A stretch of 63,095 nt of DNA, counting the filler, from Diploschistes diacapsis (Eukaryota), in assembly GCA_023645945.1 (NCBI GenBank). It is 10 parts of 10 records of this genome, joined end to end, with 100 filler letters (N's around TTAATTAATTAA, not from the genome) between each part and the next. Parts side by side here need not be neighbours in the genome. Positions count along the whole stretch, not along the records: positions 12,298 to 16,276 come from JALAIB010001804.1; positions 16,377 to 20,345 come from JALAIB010001805.1; positions 20,446 to 24,411 come from JALAIB010001806.1; 7 more parts are not named here. The stretch is one strand, 5' to 3'. Positions 12,298-23,300 of the stretch are shown piece after piece. Below the pieces are notes generated by a model. The model worked only from the letters and a program-made list of their open reading frames with translations, ran no database searches and was not told the DNA's origin. Each line of letters begins with the position of its first letter. The first letter of the stretch is position 1. Made by a program: the position numbers and the translations under genes.

Positions 12298-12576
12298 ATT
12301 ATAATATAATATCCGTGAAAGTATCCATGTTTTAAAATTTTTAATCGTAATGTCCGTGTCCGTGCTTTTACTAGAATGTAGTATCCGTGGAAGTATCCGT
12401 GCCGAGAAAATTTTCGCGGTAGTGTCCGTGTCAGTGACCGTGGCACGCAACGGCCAGCCTAGACACTAACACGGACACTATACTGCAGTAAAAACACGGA
12501 CACGGACACCGCAGCTAAAAAATATAAAATACTGACACTGACACTGCCAGTGTCAGTGTCAGTGACGGCCAGCCTA
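12298..12576. mobile_element. Two nested/adjacent partial copies of the hAT-type MITE family seen at 16467-16779
   Basis: Terminal ACGGCCAGCCTA occurs twice (ending 12461 and 12576) with internal ACACGGACAC/ACTGAC subrepeats; 12298-12461 is the reverse complement of the element's left end. Confidence 0.8.
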
Positions 12577-13468
12577 ATATTAAGTTTATAACGTTTCGTA
12601 AAAAAAACCGAAAATAAAAAACGTTTTTTAATAATCGTAAAAAACGTAAATTAAATAAATAAATCGAATTAAAAGATCGTTTTATGTTTAATATAAACGA
12701 AATTTTTAAAATAATAGCTCGGGTTAAATCGAGTCGAGCAATTTCGAAACGATTTATAACGCGTAAAAAACGTCGTCGCGTTTCTGAAATCGAGAAGGAT
12801 AAAGAGGAAAAAAATAGATTCGATTTAGATCGATTAGATTCTAATTACGACGAATAGGTTATATCTAAAAACCGTAAAATATTGACGATACTGATTTAAG
12901 GTGGCCGGCATCTGGAAGTTGCCGGAATCCCCGTGAAACACGTTATTATTTTATCTTTCAAAATCAGTCATAACGCAGCAAAACATATTTTTTTTAATAT
13001 ATCATTTTAAGCGGCTTTTTGCGTAGATCTTAATAAAAATATAAAAAAACGGTTTTTCGATGTTATACAGTGGTTGTGTAACGTTTTTCATCATTTTTCA
13101 GTTATTTTAGACTAAACGAAAACTAGCCGTCGCCAACCAAAATTCTTTAAATCTACTGATTTTAAAGAATTAGACCACATAACGACTGGAAAACGTCAAA
13201 AAACATATTTTTGCTACGTTATGAACGAATTTGAAAGATAATATAATACGTGTTTTCGAATCGTTATTTTCAATTCGCTTTAAAAAGATAACTGCTGCCA
13301 TAATCAATGTGCACTTTTCGGGTATGATAGATGATTGAGCTAATAGTAATATTTCGAAAAAAAATCAAAATAACGATCAAATTCGAAGAGTTATTAAAGA
13401 TTTAAAATATTTCTTGGCAAAAGTGGCCCGAGATGGGGGGGTGGCCGAGATGACCGTGAAACACGTTA
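12577..13468. mobile_element. RIP-degraded DNA-transposon debris: two pogo/Tc1-like ends and an imperfect ~45-bp inverted-repeat pair
   Basis: CCGTGAAACACGT followed by TA at 12931-12945 and 13454-13468; ~12946-12990 is an imperfect inverted repeat of ~13204-13248; very AT-rich, TpA-rich. Confidence 0.6.
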
Positions 13469-13530
13469 TCTTTATTCTTTGAACGGTGGTATTCGTGCGG
13501 TGTGCTTTAGAGGAGTTTTGTATCCAAGTC

Positions 13531-14904
13531 ATGTTAATTACAGGGCGGAAACGTTCTGGGCTTCTCATCGCCTCGCTAGTTATTTTCTTGGTGTTGTTCC
13601 CCAGCTTATACAATAAAAAGCCGGTGCCTGCCTCATGGCAGCTCAATCGATGGATCCAGAAGGTCATCACTAGAAAAAGCGGAACGCACCATTCAGCCAC
13701 CCCAGGCTCTGCACAACCCTCACCCCTACTAGAGTCGAGTTCAAGTGATGTGACGGACGGACACCGTGAGGTGTTTTCCTTAACCACAGTGAATAGAGCC
13801 TATTTTTTGATACAATTTGGCACACAGCAAGCAATAAATCCCAACGTGATCCCGCACCCAATTTTGGCGGATACTTGGATCATAGTCGCGCAGCAGCGGA
13901 AGAGCTCAGTGCAGGATACAGGATGGTATGCAGAATTGGTTTGCAACGCTGTATTCCAAAATGATACCTTGATGTGCACAGAGCCCCCAATGCTCCTACC
14001 TCTCGCACCAACCTCTGGCGACAAGTGCGAGGGTGAGCTGGACTATTTTGCTCTCAATATTGGACCTCACGATGCTCGCGTTTTCTATGGTCCAAAGGCG
14101 CCATACGTGCTCTATGGTTCGAACTCTATGTTTACATGCTTTGGGCAGTGGATGCAAGATCTCAGAGTATTGATTGATTGGGGCGTTGAGATGTTGGCCG
14201 AAGAGAGATTCAGACATGCAATTGAATTGCAAAGACCTCCCCCGTATAGGCCTATTGAAAAGAATTGGTTCATTTTCTGGGACAAGCACGAGCAGCAATA
14301 TGTTCATTGCGACATTGCGCCGAATCGTGTGATTGCCAGACTGAACAATGATGGTTCTGTTGGACAGAATTTAGCGCCCCTAGCGGCATATGCTGATGGC
14401 AAGTGCATGGCGAGATACATGCCGATGGTTACACCTGAGCTAGAGTCCATTCATCAAGCAACAAACTCGTTGTCTATTACGCTTTGCATCCGGTCCGACT
14501 CATTTTGCGATACTAACGATACAAATACGTTTATTATGACCATATTCCAGCGAAAAAGATTTTACGCATTCCACAGCACCTATGAACCCTACGTGATGCT
14601 TTTCCGGCGGGAGCCACCCTTTGATATTCATGCAATTTCGCAAAAGGCAATCTGGATCCGTGGTCGCCATAGAGTCAATAGCGGCCAGGTCTCCAATAGC
14701 GTGGACGGTGGGAGTAGGTATGAGAAAGAGACTGAAATGTTCTACGTGACTTCAATGAATTGGAAAACCCAGGGGCAGAAATACCACGGATATTTGGACG
14801 ATGTTCTTCTCCTTACTTTCGGCATCGAAGACAAGAATTCAGCTGGAATTGATGTATTGGCAAGTGACCTGCTGCAAGATCTGGGCCTCTGTTCAGACTC
14901 CTAA
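13531..14904 (+). CDS. Intronless type II membrane protein, putative glycosyltransferase/glycoside-hydrolase beta-propeller (beta-mannosyltransferase-like motifs)
   Basis: ATG 13531, basic N-terminus then TM anchor (GLLIASLVIFLVLFPSLY), Ser/Pro stem, motifs NPNVIPHP, IGPHDARVF and IEKNWFIF. Confidence 0.6.
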   Translation: MLITGRKRSGLLIASLVIFLVLFPSLYNKKPVPASWQLNRWIQKVITRKSGTHHSATPGSAQPSPLLESSSSDVTDGHREVFSLTTVNRAYFLIQFGTQQAINPNVIPHPILADTWIIVAQQRKSSVQDTGWYAELVCNAVFQNDTLMCTEPPMLLPLAPTSGDKCEGELDYFALNIGPHDARVFYGPKAPYVLYGSNSMFTCFGQWMQDLRVLIDWGVEMLAEERFRHAIELQRPPPYRPIEKNWFIFWDKHEQQYVHCDIAPNRVIARLNNDGSVGQNLAPLAAYADGKCMARYMPMVTPELESIHQATNSLSITLCIRSDSFCDTNDTNTFIMTIFQRKRFYAFHSTYEPYVMLFRREPPFDIHAISQKAIWIRGRHRVNSGQVSNSVDGGSRYEKETEMFYVTSMNWKTQGQKYHGYLDDVLLLTFGIEDKNSAGIDVLASDLLQDLGLCSDS

Positions 14905-16466
14905 TGCTTTTGTTCCATGCCACTGATCCAGTTGGGCTGTCGGTTATTAAAATGCCAACATCTACTCAAGGGTAGGCAAAGCCTTAGTCCGGAACGTGCA
15001 ATTAGCTACACAAGAGATAAATGGCCAATGCGCATTGTCAGATGGAGGGGTGGTCAAAGCATCGACAAAGTCGCCTCCGTTCTATACTTGGTTTCAAGGA
15101 TTCTTGGTGTCGTTCCACAACCATTCCGTAAGGCATGTGTGAAGTGTTGGCGCAGTAATCAGGTGGATCTTTCAAGGCAATTTTAACGAACGTGGCCTGT
15201 CAAGAAAGCCATACAGACGCTTGGTGAGGCTCAAGAGCATCTGTCCGGAGCCTGCCGTGTGGCACTGCGGCCATCGGTGCTCCAATAATCGTATTCTTCC
15301 GCAATATGTGTGTTTCTAAAAACACTTTGTCTGCCGTTGTTTCAGCCGCCGAGGGGAGACTTCGCGTTATCAGTGTGAAGCCAAGGCATATTATAAAGAC
15401 TTAGATCAGCGCTGGGAAAGAGTTAATACCAGTTTGACTACCAAGGTATATCAGCTCTGATCGATTAGCGATGCTATCAAACCCCGCTCTCAATCTCAGG
15501 GGTAAAAGGCCCCAAGTCCACCGATTACTTTGTGGAAGAAATACCATGCCTGTTTTTGAACGTGGGATTCGAGCCCTGTGAGGAGCTTTTGCCGACTATC
15601 TACGGCTGGCTGCAAATACAAACTTCCCCTGCTCCATTGGTTGGGCACGAGTATTCATAGATGGCTCACTCATCCACTATGTCAGCAAGTTGACTCCATT
15701 GACCATGGTGACACCGACTCCTGGAAAAATCTTCACCTTCGGATTTCGGAATGTTGTATTATGGTATCTTAATGAGAAACTTCAACTAAGCCTACCAGGA
15801 TGGGCCAAGTGAAGTTGCAACCGACAGATGACGGAGGTATTGCTGACCCAGACCAGCCGCTTCTTCGCCGATAATCATGAAGGGGAAGTCGACGAGGAGT
15901 CAGGCAGGCGCCCAATGACATAATTAATGACATAGCGGATGCCATACATTCCATATTGAGAGGGATTGGCGATGCGGGTGATGGTCAAAATAACTGTTCT
16001 GGAATGTTTTTTTTAAATTGACCGAGACATTTGGATACTTATAAGAACGTAGTAATGAAATTCATACTTTATATATTTTTGAATAATACCTTTCTCAGGC
16101 ACATTTGTTAGTTTATCTGCTACCTTTATATCAATATCTTTTTGTCTCTATTCTGGAACCAATTTTTTGACAACCCCGATCATGTTTATGAACGCGCTTA
16201 AACATTATCGATGTAGAACTAATACTGGGTTAATCAATCGGCGACAATGACATTTTAAATATAAAGAAGTTAAAAANNNNNNNNNNNNNNNNNNNNNNNN
16301 NNNNNNNNNNNNNNNNNNNNTTAATTAATTAANNNNNNNNNNNNNNNNNNNNNNNNNNNNNNNNNNNNNNNNNNNNTTTATAGACTTTTATCTTCATAAG
16401 ATACGCTAAGCCTTATTACCTACATTATTCCTAAATCGGTTTAATTAAGATTTCAGGAGGTTCAGC

Positions 16467-16779
16467 TAGGCTGGCCGTTTCGTGCCACGGTCACTGACAC
16501 GGACATTACAACAAAAAAATTTTAAACACGGACACTAACACGGACATTATAATTAAAAATTTAAAACACGATATTAATACGAATATTATATTATAATAAA
16601 AACACGAACACGGACATTATAATTAAAAATTTTAAAATATTAATATTAATACGGATATTACATTTCCGTGAATCCACGGACACGGACACTATAACTAAAA
16701 AATCTAAAACACTGACACTAACACTGTCAGTATCCGTGTCACTGACACGGCCGTGTCAGTGTCAGTAACGGCCAGCCTA
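16467..16779. mobile_element. Complete 313-bp hAT-type MITE with 13-bp TIRs and 8-bp target-site duplication
   Basis: TAGGCTGGCCGTT...AACGGCCAGCCTA; GGTTCAGC on both sides (16459-16466, 16780-16787); internal ACACGGACA subterminal repeats. Confidence 0.92.
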
Positions 16780-16939
16780 GGTTCAGCTGAACTGAACCTC
16801 CTTCTAGAACTCAGTCGTACTCCCAGCCATGCCTTCTGCCTGTCTGCTCAACACCTCCTACAATAGTAATACATTATTATTGTATTTAGCATTATTTCCC
16901 TAGTCATTACTTGCCTATTTAGTCACCCCACTTCCACTT

Positions 16940-17274
16940 TTAACATAATTTATTAAAGAAGCGTACATTTTTTCGTTTTTATTAATTTGCGTTTCGTACG
17001 ATTTCGTATGCGTTATTCTCATTCTCGAGATTCTTGAAGTCTGTTACGTAAAATAGATCGAGAAATATCGTATATTTACATAATCTTTCGTATAGAGGTA
17101 ATTTGATCAGTTTTTATTGCTTTAATAGCTAATAATAGCCGTCCTTTTTACTGAATATCAATTGGCATAATGGTGGTTGAGATATATTGAAAACATGTAG
17201 GAAAGGGGGTAAGTGGGCGGATGACTTGTGTGGGCGGATGACTTGTGTGGGCGGATGACTTGTGAAATACGTTA
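16940..17274. mobile_element. One end of a pogo/Fot1-like transposon relic
   Basis: Three exact 17-bp repeats GTGGGCGGATGACTTGT (17213-17263) then GAAATACGT|TA, an ACGT-type terminus with TA target; AT-rich RIP-like body upstream; left boundary approximate. Confidence 0.65.
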
Positions 17275-17818
17275 TTTTCTGCTCCTTTATACTTGACCTT
17301 TTATTTCGTTGATATTCACTCCCTTTCATATTTCGTTTATACTCCCTTTCATAAATTCTTATTTTTCTGACCATCGTCTTATGACGAAACAAGCAATGAA
17401 GAGAGGTTAGGTTGAGCCACTTACTAGAAAAGGATCTGGCAGCATAATAGCAAACCTTACGCTGAGACCTTCCGTGCGCGGTCCACCAATGCCTGAAACC
17501 ATTCAGCTATCTTGCTTTTTAGCAAGATGTTGTTGTATAGCAGTAATAAGCCGCGGTATACCGCCGCAGGTTGGTAAGCTGACAGCAGTAACATATGGCG
17601 CAGAGCTTCATTTGCGTGGAGAGGTCAGCAGTATTACCCAGTCAAGTAGTTTTCCAACAACTTCCGAGATCGATAGCGGGACTGGGTAGCGTCAGTGCCA
17701 ACGAGCCCCAAAGCCCACAAATGCGCAGAAGGGGACGATGGGCAAGATATCCCTCTGGCCGGGCGGAAACAACGGTGCTTAGATGTAATTATGTTACCCT
17801 TATTAGTTCAAAGAGTGC

Positions 17819-19243
17819 TCAATTCTTACTTAATACACGCTGTATATACTCAAGAACATCATCCGACTTCTCTCCCGTACTCCTCCTATATTGCTCCAAT
17901 GACAGAATCGCGTTAATTTCCTCAATCTTCGGTACCGGTTGCCTCACATAATTGACTGGGCCGTCTTCAATAGAATGCGGCACAAATTGTGACCAATTCG
18001 TCGTGATCGGCGTCCTGTCCTCACGAAGCCCCACCCCGGCCAGCTCGCCATCCACGAACCAAAGGCCTGGGACGGCGTAGTGTGATATGTTTTGTGCATC
18101 TTTGAAGTCCGGTAGCAAAGCGAGCTCCTGTACGATATATCCTTCTTCGCCGTAGTCCCCAGTTTTCGTGTCTTGAATGATCTGTCCATCAGCCTGTAAA
18201 AGGATGTCGGCGCCTTCCCTAGCAAAGATTGGCTTGCGTGCGAACTTGGTGAGCGAGACGGGGACCTCGTCATCGAAATACGTAGGAAGAAGCCATTTGG
18301 ACCGCGGGTCGTCCTTGAAAAGCTTCCAAAGAACCGCAAAAAGGGCCTTGTTACTCCACAGCATCTTGTATGGCGCTTCGATCCACACCGTGCCTCCGAT
18401 ATACTCCCCAGCCTCGTTGCGTTGGCCGACTGTCTCCATGTCTTTAAAGCACGCTTCGCCAAACTCTTGCCGGACTAGAAACTCCCACGGGTACAGCTTG
18501 AAGATGACATCAATATGCTCTTCCTCCTGATCATAAAACCGCCCGTCGAGAGTTGATAATTTGATTTGCTCGACAAATAGGGTCTTCGTCCGCCACCCCG
18601 CCTGCTGGCACGTATCCATCAACAGCGTAGCATTCATCACATCCTCCCCTGTCGCCTCGCCCTCGCCAACTGCAAAATGCACCACCACGCCATGTCCTAA
18701 CTGCTGCTCTATCAACCCCAGGTTCCGCTTCCACGCCTCGATCAGCCTCCCAGTGATGGAATTGAGCTGGTCGTTTCCGTGGCCAGTCTGTTCGAGCCAC
18801 AGCCATTGGATGCTCGCCGCTTCGACGAGCGACGTCGGCGTGTCTGCGTTAAATTCGTAGAACTTGGGCACGCGCAGCCTTTCGTCCGGATGTTCAAGCC
18901 CGCCAAAGCAGACATCAAATCTTCCGTAAACGCTTCCCCAGGCAGGCTCGCGGTTCCACGATTCAGTGATTTGCTTCAGTGCGAAAGCCGGGATGGCCAT
19001 TTTGCTAATGATTATCTCTGGGTGCTCGATCAGGTAATCGGCGGCCTCGCAGCACAAGTCGAAGACATCTCGCCCGGCTTTCTCAAGAAGCTCGATTTCG
19101 GCGCTGGTGAATGAGTAGTAGCGGTCATCGGGCCAGTAGGGCTCTGTGGTGGTTCCGGATTTGGGCTCGAAGGAATAGATAAGGCCCTGGCTTTGGACGA
19201 GGGGTGTTGCGTTGGGGCGCTTTTCTGTTAAAATACGTCGCAT
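17819..19243 (-). CDS. Glutathionylspermidine-synthase-like ATP-grasp ligase (YgiC/YjfC family), intronless CDS, 474 aa
   Basis: MRRILTEKRP start, PYWxDDxYY, YGRFD, EFNADTPTSLVEA, FKLYPWE, EAPYKMLWSNKALFAVLW, RKPIFAREGA, GLRED..ITTN.SQFVPH; no N-terminal amidase domain; the upstream ORF extension lies in a probable 5'-UTR intron (GTAAGT donor at ~19337). Confidence 0.92.
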   Translation of the reverse strand: MRRILTEKRPNATPLVQSQGLIYSFEPKSGTTTEPYWPDDRYYSFTSAEIELLEKAGRDVFDLCCEAADYLIEHPEIIISKMAIPAFALKQITESWNREPAWGSVYGRFDVCFGGLEHPDERLRVPKFYEFNADTPTSLVEAASIQWLWLEQTGHGNDQLNSITGRLIEAWKRNLGLIEQQLGHGVVVHFAVGEGEATGEDVMNATLLMDTCQQAGWRTKTLFVEQIKLSTLDGRFYDQEEEHIDVIFKLYPWEFLVRQEFGEACFKDMETVGQRNEAGEYIGGTVWIEAPYKMLWSNKALFAVLWKLFKDDPRSKWLLPTYFDDEVPVSLTKFARKPIFAREGADILLQADGQIIQDTKTGDYGEEGYIVQELALLPDFKDAQNISHYAVPGLWFVDGELAGVGLREDRTPITTNWSQFVPHSIEDGPVNYVRQPVPKIEEINAILSLEQYRRSTGEKSDDVLEYIQRVLSKN

Positions 19244-19940
19244 TTTATTTGTTTGTGAATCTCTATTTGGGGGAGAAGTACTGTGAGTGTGGTCAGTGGA
19301 ATTATCGTAGTATAAGAGGGTTGCGCCGTTCACTTACCTGCAAAGGTAATCAAACGATTAATCGACGCTGTGAGGCGGGCGCAGTTCCTTAAATTATCTG
19401 AAGGCTCTAGCTCGCTTAGCCTTGTTTTCTCTATTTGCCCTGAATATTTACAGAAAGATATGAACTTTTATAAATAGGCACTCTTTACTTTTAAATAGTT
19501 CATACTTTTAGACCTTTAAGAACAATTTTAATAAGAAAATGATATGTAGAGGTGGGTGTGGAAACATTAGCCCTGCCGTAAGCGCTCGGTCAATCAGCCA
19601 ACCGCGCCTCGCTGAACCATTAATAAGTCGGTGTTGGTGTTGGTGTTGGTGTTGGTGGCACGAAACGGCGCCTCTTGAAGTACTAATCTTTGTCGGCCAT
19701 ATTATTCTACGCTGGGCTGGATCAGGCTACGGGGTTCCAATCCTTGATATTCGCTTATAACTGTTCCAAAATATTGGGGATCAAAAGGTATAAGAACCTT
19801 GTGAAGTCCTTGGTACTCCACCTTTCTTTATCTCTCCCAAATTGCTATCAATCCGAATCAAATCGTCCATAGTGGCTCCACCTCTCTCCGGCAACTGTTT
19901 TATCACAAATCACGACCTTAATTCCTATCTACATATCACC

Positions 19941-20345
19941 ATGAAAGGAGAAAACATCGCTCTCCCAGTTTTGCAAATTGCAGCAGCGGCATTTTTTATC
20001 TCATCATGCCAGGCGGTGCTTAATGACCGGTCCTTGAAGGTTTCTGCGCGCCACCCCGAGCCCAGCGTTTTTTACAACATATACGCTAAAAGACACGCCC
20101 AAGGTTACGAAGGAGATATTGGAAATGCTGGCTCCCATTTCCGTACCAGGGGCTTTGGTAATGACTGGGAAAAGAGAGAGGCCAGAAAGAAAAGGAAACC
20201 ACATCATGACGATCATGACGATCATGACGATCATAAAGATCATAAAGATCATAAAGGTCATAAAGGTCACAAAGATCATAAAGGTCATAAAGGTCACAAA
20301 TGTCACAAAGATGATGAATGTGATGGAGGTGGGGGAGGTGGGGGA
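19941..20345 (+). CDS. Small secreted precursor-like protein with KR sites, TRGFG motif, His-rich tripeptide repeat and Gly tail; 3'-truncated by contig end
   Basis: CACC-ATG context, hydrophobic signal IALPVLQIAAAAFFISSCQA, AKR and EKR dibasic sites, 12 in-frame 9-bp repeats at 20202-20309, open frame to the contig end. Confidence 0.75.
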
Positions 20346-23300
20346 NNNNNNNNNNNNNNNNNNNNNNNNNNNNNNNNNNNNNNNNNNNNTTAATTAATTA
20401 ANNNNNNNNNNNNNNNNNNNNNNNNNNNNNNNNNNNNNNNNNNNNCTCCCACCCTGCCCGACGGATCTAGCTGATGATTTGTGGTTAAATGCGCTCTCTC
20501 TACATGTATGCAGTCCATCCCGTATACTCTGCGGGTGTTTGTCGTTGCTGCTGCTGCTGCTGCTGCTGCTTCTCGAACATCGCCAATTGCACGAGAGCTG
20601 TAGATAGCCCTTCCTGTGCTCAAGTGCGAATGCAAGTGCAGTTGTTTTGGTTTTATGCGTAGCAACCCAGTTGCCATACTGAATTGGGGTTAGGAATGGA
20701 TCTGCAAGGTGAAAGCAGAAGAGCGTTGAGTTGACAGCGGTAGGCCGTCCAATCCTTTTTCCGGGGGGCTCACACCTTCAGATGTGCATACAAGCGTTTA
20801 TCTGGCAATTTGAAAAGCGATATGTGTTTATCATTGGAGACAACACGGTCTTCTTTTCTTGGAGTTGCACTTCCACGTCTTTGGAGGCCTCCCGAAGGCC
20901 ATTGCTGCTGTGACGGCCCGCGCAGCTGCAGCTCGACCAGCCGATAAGGCATAGGTGTGACACCCACACGCAGATTTTGTTTTTTGTTTTTTGTTTTTTT
21001 TTTTTTCCCAATCACAACTTGCATGATCTCCGCAAGGTTGAGGTCGCATAGCCCAGTACGGACATACTACTTGATAGTGTGCGCATGCAAAACGACTTCA
21101 TAGCAAGGACGACCAAGTCGGAGTAATTTGGGCCTGCTCTCCTGCTTTCATCTTTGAACCCTTAGTACAATGTGTTTTTTCCTGCTACAACACGACTCGT
21201 CATTTTTACATATCATCCTTTCGTTGCCCAAGGAACTGAGTTGCGGCGGTGTGAGGTGGTCACGGTGACTGACTGACTGACACGGGAAAGGCGACGAGGC
21301 AGTGATGAAAGATAGAAGCGCAACTGCACCTCACGAAAACATTCTCTTCCTCACATCACCAATAATTCGCTGCCAAGCCCTACACACTTTACTTGAAATA
21401 CAAGCCTACAACTCGCCAACCGGACGGGGGGTTGGGAGAAAAAACCTAATGCAGGTGCAACCTCCCCATTCAAGTTCATGGGCTCCACCCACCATGATGA
21501 CCATGACGCTCCCTTCGTCGTATTTTCCAGCCGCGCTCGAGTAACAGCGGATTCTCAAGTCCGTGGCTAGCCCACCCCTTATCCAGATTGGGCCAGACGC
21601 TTCCCTTTCGAGATCATTCGTCGATGGCCAGTAGCCTCTCCTTCAACTTTGGGAAGGGAAAGGGCTGGAAGCTGCAGATAAGTTGCATGCGAATGCAGAC
21701 CAGCAGTTTGTCTGGTCTGCATCGTACAGCCGCCCTGAATCCCGGCTTTGTGAAGCGGATACCCAGGATAGGACGTTCAACTCTACCTAGAAAGGCGGGG
21801 GGTCGCTTTATGAAAATGTGATCGGGGAGCAGGCTCGAGCATCTCTCACAACTCGAGGTCCAGTTCCTGCATCACAGCGCTATACTAGGCAATGGCCCGG
21901 GCTTAGCTCCGCATGATCGCTGCTACCTGCTTGGCCGTAAAAACAGGGGTTAGCACCCAGGAAAGCAGAATATCACGTCTGGCTGTTGCTGAGCACTAAA
22001 CTGCGACTAGGTGGATATCAATCACAAAAAGGCGCAAGCCCTGTTCAAGTAAAGGTACTCCTGTACAGCTCTATCGAAAACATGTGTTCCCTCAAGTACC
22101 GTAACCGGTCCGGATTCCAAAATTCAGATCGACGATGGATCCCATTGTGTCGACTGAGAAATGCCGTGGCAACCATCAACATCTCGCAATAACCAAAGTA
22201 AGTCGGGTTCTGCATGTAGCTCATGCAGCAGAAGCTCAATCTGGTGAAATGGTGTTTTTTTACCTAAAGCAGTTTTTGCACCCGCAAGATGAACTTACGC
22301 CCCTTGGAGAAAGATTCATGGCAAGTTTGCTTTTCATCAATGGGCGTGGCTTCGGGATTTAAAAGGGCCTTCCGGCCGCCAGTCAGCAAATGGGGGCGGG
22401 CCGGTCGTTCCTAATCTCCAGCCGTGCCCAACCAAGTATTAGCTCGTTCTTCCCCACAGACATCTGAGGCTCACCTATCTTGGCAGATTAGAAGTGAGGC
22501 ATGCTAGTAGTTGAACACGGCCAGAGATTGTATGGCCCAAGCATCACCCCCTGGTCTCAGCGCTTATTGAGCGGGCTTGAAAGAACTGATCTCAAGTTAT
22601 ACTGGCCACTATGATTGTTCTTGTGCCTTCGTAGGATAGACGGAGTCTCGGTATTAAGCCAGGTAGTCAACTGCTGCCACGGCCGGATACACGTGGCCGA
22701 GCCGTAGCAAATCCAGGAAGATGTGTCACGTGCTTTGAAACTCGAAAGCCCACTGGAAGTTGCCCACAAATTACATAGACCGGAGCTGCTTGTACAACGT
22801 ACACGTAAGACGCGATTCTGCATTGGATGATAATAATGGCATGCGAGCGGTGCGTACTGACCATAGGCAGGTTTTGGTGGAACAATAAACTTGACAGCCT
22901 CTGTGTGTATCCAACTGCTAGCATGCCCCACGTCCAATTTGCGAGGACGATGGGCAGCGAGAGACCGGGATTCGTGCACTCAAAAATGTAAGGCGAGCCA
23001 AAAGTCGGACAGCGGTGGAGGCTGTATGGAATAGCGCTGTACGCAATATACGGATTAGGGCCAGACGGACAACGGACAACGAACCGGCTCACCCTTTTTC
23101 GTATCGATATTAAAGTGAGTAAGAAACGGCTCGGGACGCATCCATAACTTTTTCGTTTCACCATCAAGAAAAACACAAAATCCGGGGCCGCCATTTTAGG
23201 ATTATTGATTATTGGCAGTAAAAGACGCTGCCCTTTTTCACTAGCCACCAATAAATTTGCTTGGCGAAAGCCCACAGAGAGAGAGAGAGGGGGGGGGTGG

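Noticed and set aside
14917..15960. Possible decayed gene convergent on the glycosyltransferase-like gene
   Set aside because: Fragments are short and stop-ridden, with no motif I can identify
19244..19333. N-terminal extension of the ligase ORF from a GTG start
   Set aside because: Overlaps a GTAAGT...CTGAC...TAG intron signature; family similarity starts at ATG 19243
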